Sequence record: PZ049722.1 | DNA length: 23,441 nucleotides | DNA from: a phage | Direction: 5' to 3' (one strand) | In this document: piece by piece, positions 1 to 9,472 of the stretch | Layout of the letters: every line of letters starts with the position of its first letter | Position numbering within the stretch: the stretch's first letter is position 1 | The notes under the pieces: generated by a model | Database searches by the model: none | What the model saw: only the letters and a program-made list of their open reading frames with translations | Told to the model about the DNA's origin: nothing | Made by a program: the position numbers and the translations under genes

Positions 1-1147
1 TGATCAACCGACCACGCACGAGCGGGCGCTTATTTATGTGCAGGTGCGTGCTGGGCGCCGAGATGCGAAGACCCTCTGCGAGGCGCTGATCAGCGCGACC
101 AGAAGCGCGGCCGAGCACCAATCTTCTTGACGGCGCCCGCCCTTCATGAGCATGACCCACCCCGGCGGCGGCCGATCACCCTCGCGATGTTCTCCGACCT
201 GCCTTACCGCGCTGTCCATTGAGCTGATCATCAACAAGGTCGGCAACGCCCGCGCTGAAGGGGCCGGGTCGACCAGGCGCACAACATCGCTCGAGCGTGA
301 GTTCCGAAGCGGCTTGCCCCTCATGGACAAGCCCAGCAACCTGCGAGCAGATCGACATCTTAATGCTGGCTCGAGATCCAACACACACCACCGCCATCCA
401 CGACACCACCAGCGCACCCGCTACTGCGCTGCAAGGCATCCCGCCTCTGCAGCTGCGCATCGCGGCCGGCTGCCGAGACCTGCCGCGAGCTGGCTGATCG
501 CCCAGCCGGAGAAATGGACGCCCCCCGCCAAACGCGCGAGCCGTTCCGCCGCGCCGGAGCATGCATCGCCGACGGTGCGGGCCTGATGGTCGGTGACAAG
601 CGTGCGCCGATCGCCCCGCAACCCCCATGCGCGCTACGAGGAGAGATGCGCCCAGCTCCGTGCTGGTCGGCGAACGACGGTCGCTAGCATTACCACGTGG
701 TCCAGCGCGTTCATAAGGCATGACAACGGCTTCGCCTCAACCGGTGCTACACCTGCCGAGCTGACCGGCCAGCGGATCCGCTCCTGCTGCCGGAGAGCCA
801 GGCCGAGCAGACCAGCACAGACGTTGCACCCCAGCTCGCTGGATGCACCTGACCACCCTACCGCAGGCCGACAAGGTGGGAAGAGGCGCGCGCCACGCCG
901 ATTTCGGCGGCGAGATCGACCCCGTTCAAGTAACAGGCCGAATACCATGCTGCGGGCCTACCTGCCAACTGCCGAGAGCAGCGAAAGCCGCTCCGGCCTG
1001 GCCTCGGCGGAGCTGAAAGCCGCTGCAAATGCATCGAGCTGGCCTAGTCGCCCGCCCCTGGGCAGCGGCTGGACGCCGAGTCCGACTGGGGTTGCTCAAG
1101 GCCAAGGACCCCGACGGCGCCATGGAGGAGCCCCGCTCGACGCCTGA
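1..1147 (+). pseudogene. Decayed partial copy of the Mu-like transposase A gene (central to C-terminal part), several frameshifts
   Basis: ORF 146..586 contains LSIELIINKVGNARA and QRTRY, and ORF 593..1147 contains NTMLRAYLP, SRSGLAS.ELK, LGSGWTP and YPDGAMEE, all matching the 590-aa transposase at 9469..11241 but in different frames. Confidence 0.65.
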
Positions 1148-1313
1148 TCGTCGCCGAGCTCCAAGCCCCTGCATGCTCAGGCCCTGCCCCTGGTTCGGGC
1201 GGCTGCCGAAACTGTCTCAAGAAAGTGCTGGCCAGCGCGGGCAAGGCTGGCTCACCTGGGGCCAGGGCGGGTGAAGCTCAGCGGCAGAAGCCATCTGCCC
1301 AACTGATTACCTC

Positions 1314-2388
1314 ATGGCCAGCGGCCGAAGAGCATTTCCTGATGAACAGCCAGCCGGGGGGGGCAACACTGCGCCCCAACCAACAAGGTGCTGGAAGCTT
1401 CGATGCGGCTGTGCGCTGTGTTTGAAGAGAGGCAAGACCCTGCGCCAGCAAATGCGGCCGGCCCTCGCAACCCGGAAAACAAATCAAACGAAAACCTGCA
1501 CACCACAAGGCCAACCCCGGCTCCACCGGAGGTGCTGCGACCAGACACCCAAAGCGGCGTTCAACCTCGACCGCGACCCCTTCGACGACCTCGAGTTCGG
1601 CCGGATGAGATGCGTCCCTGAGCTCGATATCCGGCTAACATCTCCGTGCCGAAACACACTACGCGCCACCACGGCTCTCCTGGCCGGCTGGTGGGCGAGT
1701 CCGGCGCCGGAGCTGCGCCGGCGCCAGCCCGGCCAGCTGCCGCCTTGCAACCAGCGGTGATCGTCATCGAACCCTACGTGCTGGGCATGGAGGACCAACT
1801 CCTATAGGGAAGGACACGGAAGGCCACCCGCACGGACAGTCCGCCCGCCGCTGCTGGAACCCTTGCGAAAAGCTGAAATCCAGCCCCCCGAAGCCCTGCT
1901 TCTGCAAAAGATGTACGCCATGCTCAAAGCGTCACGGCGCAGGCTTTCGCCACGTGCTGATCATCGAAGAGGTGCACTCCAGCCTGCCCATCCCCACGCT
2001 CACGCACCTCAAGCGCATGCGTGACCAGCTCGAACACCTGGCTTCGACAATGCTGTCCATGTCCTCATCGGCCAGCCCAGCTGCTGATCAAACGAGCCCG
2101 CAAGGCGACGTGCGTCGAGGTGGCCCAGCCCATCGAGATTGCGCAACTGCAGCCCATCCTCACGTCGGTGACCTGGACTGCGCACCTGGCATTTTCGTTG
2201 CAAGCACGCCGGCAAGCAGCTCCGAGCTGATCGATGCCAGCGGCGTGCAGGCCATCATCGAACGCCTGGGCAGCTCGGGTAAAGTACGTGCCAGCCAGCT
2301 CCACCCGCTGGCCATCGGCAACATGTTCAACGCCGCCTCAACCTCGCCGCCGAAATCGGCGAAAGCCGCATCACCGCTGATGTTGTGA
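1314..2388 (+). pseudogene. Decayed copy of the MuB-like ATPase gene, frameshifted
   Basis: ORF 1314..1760 has AFNLDRDPFDDL and ORF 1954..2388 has LIIEE.HS.LPIPTL.HLKRMRDQLEH and LIDASGVQAIIERLGSSGK, matching the 390-aa protein at 8300..9472 with indels. Confidence 0.65.
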
Positions 2389-2402
2389 AGGGGGTGTGAG
2401 CC

Positions 2403-2828
2403 ATGGCCATCACCATCGAACAAATCATGGAGCAGGCTCAGGTGTACGCCTCGGCCTGGAGCCTGGTCGGCGGGCCGTTCGACCAGGGCAACCTGCTGCA
2501 GCAGGCCGAGCTGGAGAAGCGGTGCTGCTGGAGATGGTCACTGCCTTCGAGGACGAACCCATGCCGCAGGGGCCCAGGAAGCGCAGCTCGACCTGGCTAA
2601 GCCGCTGATCGAGTGGCACCAGCACCGCATTGGCAACCTCAGCAAGTTGCAGCAGGCGGTAGAGGGCACTGAGATCCGCCTCGGCGAGGCTGATGCCGAT
2701 CCCATCGTCCTGCAGGCGCGATGCTAAAAGGCTGGCGCTTCGCCTTGGCGATTGCCGAGCAGCAGTTCGAGAAGTTCCCGCTGTCCATCGAGCGCAAAGC
2801 TCCCACCAGCGACGAGGAGGATGACCAT
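2403..2828 (+). pseudogene. Frameshifted copy of the 141-aa early gene found intact at 7871..8296
   Basis: ORF 2403..2600 shares the first 39 residues (MAITIEQIMEQAQVYASAWSLVGGPFDQGNLLQQAELEK) with the 141-aa protein and then leaves frame; 1-bp deletions seen relative to the right arm. Confidence 0.6.
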
Positions 2829-3176
2829 GCGCGCTCCCAACGTCATCCCGCTCAGCGCCAGATCGCCGCTGAGATCTCCATCCAACACGCGCTGCCCATG
2901 TGCACCGTGCTGACCCCTGAACTGGCCGACAAGCTCCGCGCCCTCAACGACATGACCCGCCGCCTGCGCGCGGCGGGCGTGCGTATCGAGGCCGCATCCC
3001 CGCTCGACGGCAAGATCTTCATCAACGCCGAAGACTCCGACCAGCTCGCCGCATCGTTCCGCAGTGAGTGGCGCGGCGTGAGTTGGAGCACCAAAGGCGT
3101 CCACACCATCAACAGCGTCCGCCTCGGCGGCTGCCAAGTCTGCTGGCTTACGCCAGTGAAGGAGCAGGAGTCATGA
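2826..3176 (+). pseudogene. Frameshifted copy of the 118-aa early gene found intact at 7518..7874
   Basis: ORF 2721..3176 carries the C-terminal 100 residues of the 118-aa protein fused to the upstream frame; about two 1-bp deletions near 2815-2860. Confidence 0.6.
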
Positions 3177-3355
3177 GCCTCGAAGCACGCCTGCGCGAAG
3201 CGCTGGAGCTGCTCAAACGCAGCGCCGGCTACGCCTCGGCCTATCCGACCATCGGTGGCCACAAGCTCAACGACGAGATCTGCCGCTTCCGCGAGGCGGT
3301 ACAGGCCGAACTCGAAACCAACGCCCAACAAGCCGAGGAAGAAACCCATGGCTGA
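3173..3355 (+). CDS. Small hypothetical early protein (60 aa), duplicate of 7339..7521
   Basis: Internal ATG with GGAG-type RBS; identical to right-arm copy. Confidence 0.5.
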   Translation: MSLEARLREALELLKRSAGYASAYPTIGGHKLNDEICRFREAVQAELETNAQQAEEETHG

Positions 3356-3968
3356 GCAAATCGCAATCCCCGAAGGCTTCGTCAAGAATGCTGCCGGCCA
3401 TCTGGTGCCGGAACACCAGGTGCGCGAGCACGACAAGCTGCGCGACAGCGTCGCCCGCGAGCTGGCCAACCAGGCCGTGGCCATCAGCGAGGCGCTGGGC
3501 GCGTTCAAGGCTAAGGCCCTGGGCGATATCGCCGACCTGATCGCCATCTCGGCCGAGAAGTACCAGGTCAAGCTCGGCGGCAAGAAGGGCAACGTCTCGA
3601 TCGTCACCTACGACGGCCGCTACAAGATCGAGCGCGCCATGGCCGAGCGCATCACCTTCACCGAGGAGATCCTCGCGGCCAAGGAGCTGATCGACCAGTG
3701 CATCCGCAAATGGAGCGAAGGCGCCGACCAGCACCTGCGCATCCTGGTCGACCGCGCGTTCCGCGCCAACCGCCAGGGCCAGATCAAGACCGGCGACGTG
3801 CTCAGCCTGCTGCGCGTCGAGATCGAAGACCCCGACTGGCAGCGCGCGATGGAGGCCCTGAAGGACTCCATCCAGGTCAACGGCACCGCCGTATACATCC
3901 GCGTCTACCAGCGCGTCGGCAACACCGACCGTTACGAGCCCATCAGCCTCGACATTGCGAAGGTGTGA
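3348..3968 (+). CDS. Conserved phage early protein (206 aa, possibly DUF3164-like), duplicate of 6726..7346
   Basis: Identical protein on both arms; start MAEQIAIPEGF after RBS. Confidence 0.55.
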   Translation: MAEQIAIPEGFVKNAAGHLVPEHQVREHDKLRDSVARELANQAVAISEALGAFKAKALGDIADLIAISAEKYQVKLGGKKGNVSIVTYDGRYKIERAMAERITFTEEILAAKELIDQCIRKWSEGADQHLRILVDRAFRANRQGQIKTGDVLSLLRVEIEDPDWQRAMEALKDSIQVNGTAVYIRVYQRVGNTDRYEPISLDIAKV

Positions 3969-3970
3969 CC

Positions 3971-4678
3971 ATGGACCAGGATCGCATTCTCGAAAAGATC
4001 AAGAAGTGCATGGAGATGGCCAAGGGCAAGGGCTCGAATCCGAACGAGGCCGAAATCGCCCTGCGCCAGGCGCATAAGCTGATGGAGGCCTACAACCTGG
4101 AGATGGGCGACGTCCTGGCCAGCATGGCCGGTGAGGTCACCATCGAAGCCGGCTCGGATGGTACCCCACCCACCTGGCGTATCCGCCTGGCTCAGGTGTG
4201 CGCCCATGCGTTTGGCACGCGCATGATCATCACGCAGAAGCTCACGGACCACTTCGACGTTGTAGGCGCCTTCATCTTTGTGGGCTGCGCAGCGGCACCA
4301 GAGCTGAGCGGATACGCCTACCAAGTGCTGGAGCGGCAGCTGCAGAAGGCTCGACGTGAGTTCCTGCAGTCACCGAAGAACAAGCGCTGCAAGCGCTCAA
4401 CCAAGGTCGCGCGCGGCGATCACTTCGCTAACGGCTGGATTGATGCCGTGTACCTCAAGGTCGACCAGTTCGCTGGCGTTGACGACAACATCGCCGAAGC
4501 GATCGAAGCCTACATGGCGAAGCACCACGCCGACCTGGGCAAGCACGAAATGAAGCGCCGCAAGCTCAAAGCCCGCGATGAAGGTGCCGCCGAGGCCGGT
4601 TACCAGGCTGGCAAGAGCGCCCAACTGCACCACGGACTTGGCCACAAGCCCGTCGCCCGACTGACTCAGGGGGTGTGA
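3971..4678 (+). CDS. DUF2786-like phage protein (235 aa), duplicate of 6016..6723
   Basis: N-terminus MDQDRILEKIKKCMEMAKGKGSNPNEAEIALRQAHKLMEAYNLE resembles the DUF2786 signature; identical on both arms. Confidence 0.55.
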   Translation: MDQDRILEKIKKCMEMAKGKGSNPNEAEIALRQAHKLMEAYNLEMGDVLASMAGEVTIEAGSDGTPPTWRIRLAQVCAHAFGTRMIITQKLTDHFDVVGAFIFVGCAAAPELSGYAYQVLERQLQKARREFLQSPKNKRCKRSTKVARGDHFANGWIDAVYLKVDQFAGVDDNIAEAIEAYMAKHHADLGKHEMKRRKLKARDEGAAEAGYQAGKSAQLHHGLGHKPVARLTQGV

Positions 4679-4679
4679 G

Positions 4680-4904
4680 ATGCAAACCCTTGAATGCACC
4701 GTGAAGTACTACATGGGTGCCTACCAGACCAACACCGTGCGCAGCCAGCGCGCCAGCTGCAGCCACTCCGAGGACGAGGCCGTGCGCCACCTGGGCGTAA
4801 AGCTGTTCGGCGAGCAGCTCCACCACGTCGAGCGCATCGATCTCAAACCCAGCGATCAGCCGGGCATGAGCCGCTGGCTGATCGTTGGTCGGGAGGTGCA
4901 GTGA
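4680..4904 (+). CDS. Small hypothetical protein (74 aa), duplicate of 5790..6014
   Basis: Identical ORF on both arms; starts 2 nt after upstream stop. Confidence 0.45.
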   Translation: MQTLECTVKYYMGAYQTNTVRSQRASCSHSEDEAVRHLGVKLFGEQLHHVERIDLKPSDQPGMSRWLIVGREVQ

Positions 4905-5327
4905 TGGGCCATCCAATTTTCCAAGACGCCCCCTCAAGGGACATGACCAAGGCTCAGGAGCGCCAGGCCGAGCTAGATGCGCAGGTCGAAGCCTTCCTGG
5001 CCAAGGGCGGGGAGATCAAGGCCTTCGACAACTTCCGCCGTCCTGATCCAGAGTGGGCCCTGGCGCTCGAAGTCGATCAACCCCGAGCAGCAGAAGCCAG
5101 CTCAGGCTGCGCCCATCAAGGCGAAACCGGCCAAGCCCGCCGCTCCTGTGAAGGCAAAGCCGGTACCGGAGGTGCCAGCCGAACCGGTGGCGGTGGCTAC
5201 CATCGACCTCAGCGCTGAGCTGCGCGCCTTGCGCAAGCAGACTGCAGCCATCAACCGCCCGGCCTGGCGCGAGTTGAGGTCTTTCGAGGACTCGACGCCA
5301 GCAACGCGGCGCAGCAGCGCGCGATAG
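4904..5327 (+). pseudogene. Frameshifted copy of the 130-aa K/P/A-repeat protein encoded intact at 5395..5790
   Basis: Identical for 47 residues after MGHPIF, then leaves frame near 5041-5050 where the two arms differ by an indel; the proper frame continues in ORF 4977..5327. Confidence 0.6.
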
Positions 5328-5398
5328 CTGTCGTCATCCATGCCCAGTTGGCCCTTGGCGATGTGGATCTTGCTGAGTACGCCTTTCGAGATACTCAT
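5261..5398 (-). pseudogene. GemA-like (Mu gp16, DUF1018-like) gene, 5' fragment of about 46 codons cut by the inversion junction
   Basis: N-terminus MSISKGVLSKIHIAKGQLGMDDDSYRALLRRVAGVESSKDL fits the GemA family start; beyond codon 46 ORF 5102..5398 reads antisense to duplicated sequence. Confidence 0.6.
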
Positions 5399-5790
5399 GC
5401 GCGACCACCCATAGAGCAGCTCAGGCGATTAAGGCGGCGGTTGATGGCTGCAGTCTGCTTGCGCAAGGCGCGCAGCTCAGCACTGAGGTCGATGGTAGCC
5501 ACCACCACCGGTTCGGCTGGCACCTCCGGTACCGGCTTTGCCTTCACAGGAGCGGCGGGCTTGGCCGGTTTCGCCTTGATGGGCGCAGCCTGAGCTGGCT
5601 TCTGCTGCTCGGGGTTGATCGACTTCGAGCGCCAGGGCCCACTCTCGATAGGACGGCGGAAGTTGTCGAAGGCCTTGATCTCCCCGCCCTTGGCCAGGAA
5701 GGCTTCGACCTGCGCATCTAGCTCGGCCTGGCGCTCCTGAGCCTTGGTCATGTCCCTTGAGGGGGCGTCTTGGAAAATTGGATGGCCCAT
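5395..5790 (-). CDS. Hypothetical early protein (131 aa) with K/P/A-rich repeat tail
   Basis: Start MGHPIF overlaps upstream stop; contains PAQAAPIKAKPAKPAAPVKAKPVPEVPAEP. Confidence 0.5.
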   Translation of the reverse strand: MGHPIFQDAPSRDMTKAQERQAELDAQVEAFLAKGGEIKAFDNFRRPIESGPWRSKSINPEQQKPAQAAPIKAKPAKPAAPVKAKPVPEVPAEPVVVATIDLSAELRALRKQTAAINRRLNRLSCSMGGRA

Positions 5791-6014
5791 CACTGCACCT
5801 CCCGACCAACGATCAGCCAGCGGCTCATGCCCGGCTGATCGCTGGGTTTGAGATCGATGCGCTCGACGTGGTGGAGCTGCTCGCCGAACAGCTTTACGCC
5901 CAGGTGGCGCACGGCCTCGTCCTCGGAGTGGCTGCAGCTGGCGCGCTGGCTGCGCACGGTGTTGGTCTGGTAGGCACCCATGTAGTACTTCACGGTGCAT
6001 TCAAGGGTTTGCAT
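5790..6014 (-). CDS. Small hypothetical protein (74 aa)
   Basis: ORF in operon context, tight spacing to neighbours. Confidence 0.45.
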   Translation of the reverse strand: MQTLECTVKYYMGAYQTNTVRSQRASCSHSEDEAVRHLGVKLFGEQLHHVERIDLKPSDQPGMSRWLIVGREVQ

Positions 6015-6015
6015 C

Positions 6016-6723
6016 TCACACCCCCTGAGTCAGTCGGGCGACGGGCTTGTGGCCAAGTCCGTGGTGCAGTTGGGCGCTCTTGCCAGCCTGGTAACCGGCC
6101 TCGGCGGCACCTTCATCGCGGGCTTTGAGCTTGCGGCGCTTCATTTCGTGCTTGCCCAGGTCGGCGTGGTGCTTCGCCATGTAGGCTTCGATCGCTTCGG
6201 CGATGTTGTCGTCAACGCCAGCGAACTGGTCGACCTTGAGGTACACGGCATCAATCCAGCCGTTAGCGAAGTGATCGCCGCGCGCGACCTTGGTTGAGCG
6301 CTTGCAGCGCTTGTTCTTCGGTGACTGCAGGAACTCACGTCGAGCCTTCTGCAGCTGCCGCTCCAGCACTTGGTAGGCGTATCCGCTCAGCTCTGGTGCC
6401 GCTGCGCAGCCCACAAAGATGAAGGCGCCTACAACGTCGAAGTGGTCCGTGAGCTTCTGCGTGATGATCATGCGCGTGCCAAACGCATGGGCGCACACCT
6501 GAGCCAGGCGGATACGCCAGGTGGGTGGGGTACCATCCGAGCCGGCTTCGATGGTGACCTCACCGGCCATGCTGGCCAGGACGTCGCCCATCTCCAGGTT
6601 GTAGGCCTCCATCAGCTTATGCGCCTGGCGCAGGGCGATTTCGGCCTCGTTCGGATTCGAGCCCTTGCCCTTGGCCATCTCCATGCACTTCTTGATCTTT
6701 TCGAGAATGCGATCCTGGTCCAT
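6016..6723 (-). CDS. DUF2786-like phage protein (235 aa)
   Basis: Same protein as 3971..4678; internal start MDQDRILEK. Confidence 0.55.
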   Translation of the reverse strand: MDQDRILEKIKKCMEMAKGKGSNPNEAEIALRQAHKLMEAYNLEMGDVLASMAGEVTIEAGSDGTPPTWRIRLAQVCAHAFGTRMIITQKLTDHFDVVGAFIFVGCAAAPELSGYAYQVLERQLQKARREFLQSPKNKRCKRSTKVARGDHFANGWIDAVYLKVDQFAGVDDNIAEAIEAYMAKHHADLGKHEMKRRKLKARDEGAAEAGYQAGKSAQLHHGLGHKPVARLTQGV

Positions 6724-6725
6724 GG

Positions 6726-7346
6726 TCACACCTTCGCAATGTCGAGGCTGATGGGCTCGTAACGGTCGGTGTTGCCGACGCGCTGGTAGACGCGGATGTA
6801 TACGGCGGTGCCGTTGACCTGGATGGAGTCCTTCAGGGCCTCCATCGCGCGCTGCCAGTCGGGGTCTTCGATCTCGACGCGCAGCAGGCTGAGCACGTCG
6901 CCGGTCTTGATCTGGCCCTGGCGGTTGGCGCGGAACGCGCGGTCGACCAGGATGCGCAGGTGCTGGTCGGCGCCTTCGCTCCATTTGCGGATGCACTGGT
7001 CGATCAGCTCCTTGGCCGCGAGGATCTCCTCGGTGAAGGTGATGCGCTCGGCCATGGCGCGCTCGATCTTGTAGCGGCCGTCGTAGGTGACGATCGAGAC
7101 GTTGCCCTTCTTGCCGCCGAGCTTGACCTGGTACTTCTCGGCCGAGATGGCGATCAGGTCGGCGATATCGCCCAGGGCCTTAGCCTTGAACGCGCCCAGC
7201 GCCTCGCTGATGGCCACGGCCTGGTTGGCCAGCTCGCGGGCGACGCTGTCGCGCAGCTTGTCGTGCTCGCGCACCTGGTGTTCCGGCACCAGATGGCCGG
7301 CAGCATTCTTGACGAAGCCTTCGGGGATTGCGATTTGCTCAGCCAT
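6726..7346 (-). CDS. Conserved phage early protein (206 aa, possibly DUF3164-like)
   Basis: Same protein as 3348..3968. Confidence 0.55.
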   Translation of the reverse strand: MAEQIAIPEGFVKNAAGHLVPEHQVREHDKLRDSVARELANQAVAISEALGAFKAKALGDIADLIAISAEKYQVKLGGKKGNVSIVTYDGRYKIERAMAERITFTEEILAAKELIDQCIRKWSEGADQHLRILVDRAFRANRQGQIKTGDVLSLLRVEIEDPDWQRAMEALKDSIQVNGTAVYIRVYQRVGNTDRYEPISLDIAKV

Positions 7347-7521
7347 GGGTTTCTTCCTCGGCTTGTTGGGCGTTGGTTTCGAGTTCGGCCTGTACCGCCT
7401 CGCGGAAGCGGCAGATCTCGTCGTTGAGCTTGTGGCCACCGATGGTCGGATAGGCCGAGGCGTAGCCGGCGCTGCGTTTGAGCAGCTCCAGCGCTTCGCG
7501 CAGGCGTGCTTCGAGGCTCAT
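7339..7521 (-). CDS. Small hypothetical early protein (60 aa)
   Basis: Same protein as 3173..3355. Confidence 0.5.
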   Translation of the reverse strand: MSLEARLREALELLKRSAGYASAYPTIGGHKLNDEICRFREAVQAELETNAQQAEEETHG

Positions 7522-7874
7522 GACTCCTGCTCCTTCACTGGCGTAAGCCAGCAGACTTGGCAGCCGCCGAGGCGGACGCTGTTGATGGTGTGGACGCCTT
7601 TGGTGCTCCAACTCACGCCGCGCCACTCACTGCGGAACGATGCGGCGAGCTGGTCGGAGTCTTCGGCGTTGATGAAGATCTTGCCGTCGAGCGGGGATGC
7701 GGCCTCGATACGCACGCCCGCCGCGCGCAGGCGGCGGGTCATGTCGTTGAGGGCGCGGAGCTTGTCGGCCAGTTCAGGGGTCAGCACGGTGCACATGGGC
7801 AGCGCGTGTTGGATGGAGATCTCAGCGGCGATCTTGGCGCTGAGCGGGATGACGTTGGGAGCGCGCATGGTCAT
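7518..7874 (-). CDS. Hypothetical early protein (118 aa)
   Basis: Intact ORF in early operon; the left-arm copy is frameshifted. Confidence 0.5.
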   Translation of the reverse strand: MTMRAPNVIPLSAKIAAEISIQHALPMCTVLTPELADKLRALNDMTRRLRAAGVRIEAASPLDGKIFINAEDSDQLAASFRSEWRGVSWSTKGVHTINSVRLGGCQVCWLTPVKEQES

Positions 7875-8296
7875 TCCTCCTCGTCGCTGGTGGGAGCTTT
7901 GCGCTCGATGGACAGCGGGAACTTCTCGAACTGCTGCTCGGCAATCGCCAAGGCGAAGCGCCAGCCTTTTAGCATCGCGCCCTGCAGGACGATGGGATTG
8001 GCATCAGCCTCGCCGAGGCGGATCTCAGTGCCCTCTACCGCCTGCTGCAACTTGCTGAGGTTGCCAATGCGGTGCTGGTGCCACTCGATCAGCGGCTTAG
8101 CCAGGTCGAGCTGCGCTTCCTGGGCCCCTGCGGTATGGGCTTCGTCCTCGAAGGCAGTGACCATCTCCAGCAGCACCAGCTTCTCCAGCTCGGCCTGCTG
8201 CAGCAGGTTGCCCTGGTCGAACGGCCCGCCGACCAGGCTCCAGGCCGAGGCGTACACCTGAGCCTGCTCCATGATTTGTTCGATGGTGATGGCCAT
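7871..8296 (-). CDS. Hypothetical early protein (141 aa)
   Basis: Intact ORF directly downstream of the B gene; the left-arm copy is frameshifted. Confidence 0.5.
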   Translation of the reverse strand: MAITIEQIMEQAQVYASAWSLVGGPFDQGNLLQQAELEKLVLLEMVTAFEDEAHTAGAQEAQLDLAKPLIEWHQHRIGNLSKLQQAVEGTEIRLGEADANPIVLQGAMLKGWRFALAIAEQQFEKFPLSIERKAPTSDEEE

Positions 8297-8299
8297 GGC

Positions 8300-9472
8300 T
8301 CACACCCCCTTCACAACATCAGCGGTGATGCGGCTTTCGCCGATTTCGGCGGCGAGGTTGAGGGCGGCGTTGAACAGGTTGCCGATGGCCAGCGGGTAGA
8401 GCTGGCTGGCACCGTCCTTACCCGAGCTGCCCAGGCGTTCGATGATGGCCTGCACGCCGCTGGCATCGATCAGCTCGTCGAGCTGCTTGCCGGCGTGCTT
8501 GCAACGAAATGCCAGGTGCGCGTCCAGGTCACCGACGGTGATGGGCTGCAGTTGCGCAATCTCGATGCGCTGGGCCACCTCGCGCACGTCGCCGTTGCGC
8601 GGGCTGAGTTTGATCAGCAGCTCGGGCTGGCCGATGAGGATGATGGACAGCAGTTTGTCGAAGCCGTGTTCGAGCTGGTCACGCATGCGCTTGAGGTGCT
8701 TGAGCGTGGGGATGGGCAGCGAGTGCGCCTCTTCGATGATCAGCACATGGCGGAAGCCTGCGCCGTGGCTGGCTTTGAGCGTGGCGTGCATCTGCGCGAA
8801 GCGGGCTTCGGGGCTGGATTTGGCTTTCTCCAGCGGCGCCACAGCGGCCATCACAGACTCGGCAATGTGGGTGGCCTTCAGGGATTTGCCCTTGGTGTCG
8901 TTGTCCTCCATGCCCAGCACGTAGGGTTCGATGACGATCACCGGCTCATTGCGCAGGCGGTGCGCCAGGTCGCGGCGCAGCGTGCTTTTGCCGGCGCCGG
9001 ACTCGCCCACCACGGCCAGGAAGCCATCATGGCGCGCGGTCTGGTACATGCTCTCGCGGATGTAGCGGATATCGGGGCTCAGGTACATCTCATCGGCCGA
9101 CTTGAGGTCGTCGAAGGGGTCGCGGTGCAGGTTGAACGCCCGCTTGGTGTCTGGTCGCAGCACTTGTTTAGCCATTAGCATGTCGGGGCACTCCTGGGTT
9201 TCGTGATTGTTTTCCGGGGTTGCAGGGGCCTGCGCGTTGGCGCGCGCAGGCTCCATCTCTTCAAACGCGGCGCGCACAGCGTCGAACTCCGCGCCTTGTT
9301 GCATCAGGTACTCAGTGATGCCCCAGGCCAGCTGGTTCATCGGGATGCTCTTGGGCCACTGGCCGTGGTTGATCAGTTGGGCGATGGCTGCCGGGCTGAG
9401 CTTCACCGCCCTGGCCAGGTCGGCCTGGCCCTTGCCCACGCTGGCCAGCACTTGCTTGAGACGTTTCATCAC
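8300..9472 (-). CDS. Mu B-like transposition ATPase / target DNA activator (390 aa)
   Basis: Walker A GESGAGKST, N-terminal HTH-like region, sits directly downstream of and overlapping the transposase gene. Confidence 0.8.
   Translation of the reverse strand: MMKRLKQVLASVGKGQADLARAVKLSPAAIAQLINHGQWPKSIPMNQLAWGITEYLMQQGAEFDAVRAAFEEMEPARANAQAPATPENNHETQECPDMLMAKQVLRPDTKRAFNLHRDPFDDLKSADEMYLSPDIRYIRESMYQTARHDGFLAVVGESGAGKSTLRRDLAHRLRNEPVIVIEPYVLGMEDNDTKGKSLKATHIAESVMAAVAPLEKAKSSPEARFAQMHATLKASHGAGFRHVLIIEEAHSLPIPTLKHLKRMRDQLEHGFDKLLSIILIGQPELLIKLSPRNGDVREVAQRIEIAQLQPITVGDLDAHLAFRCKHAGKQLDELIDASGVQAIIERLGSSGKDGASQLYPLAIGNLFNAALNLAAEIGESRITADVVKGV

Larger units (their letters stand above)
1..5260. 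repeat. Left arm of large inverted repeat: inverted copy of about 5427..10650, identical near the junction and increasingly divergent toward position 1
   Basis: Plus-strand ORFs 3255..3968 and 3698..4678 are identical in protein to minus-strand ORFs 6726..7439 and 6016..6996; ORFs 146..586, 593..1147, 1314..1760 and 1954..2388 are frameshifted fragments of the transposase and B proteins encoded at 9469..11241 and 8300..9472. Confidence 0.9.

Noticed and set aside
5100-5200. Possible tandem DNA repeat or CRISPR-like array
   Set aside because: The periodicity is at protein level (K/P/A codons) inside a coding region; no direct repeats with unique spacers were seen here or elsewhere in the window.
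1-5260. Left arm as a second, independent Mu-like prophage in inverted orientation
   Set aside because: The copy is exact near the junction, starts mid-transposase, has no end sequences or immunity region of its own, and its A and B copies are frameshifted fragments; a duplicated or artefactual copy fits better.
7087-8058. 323-aa plus-strand ORF and its left-arm mirror 2852..3607
   Set aside because: Antisense to the intact early genes on each arm; useful only as a marker of where the arms diverge.
8072-9178. 368-aa plus-strand ORF
   Set aside because: Antisense to the MuB-like ATPase gene; low-complexity translation.
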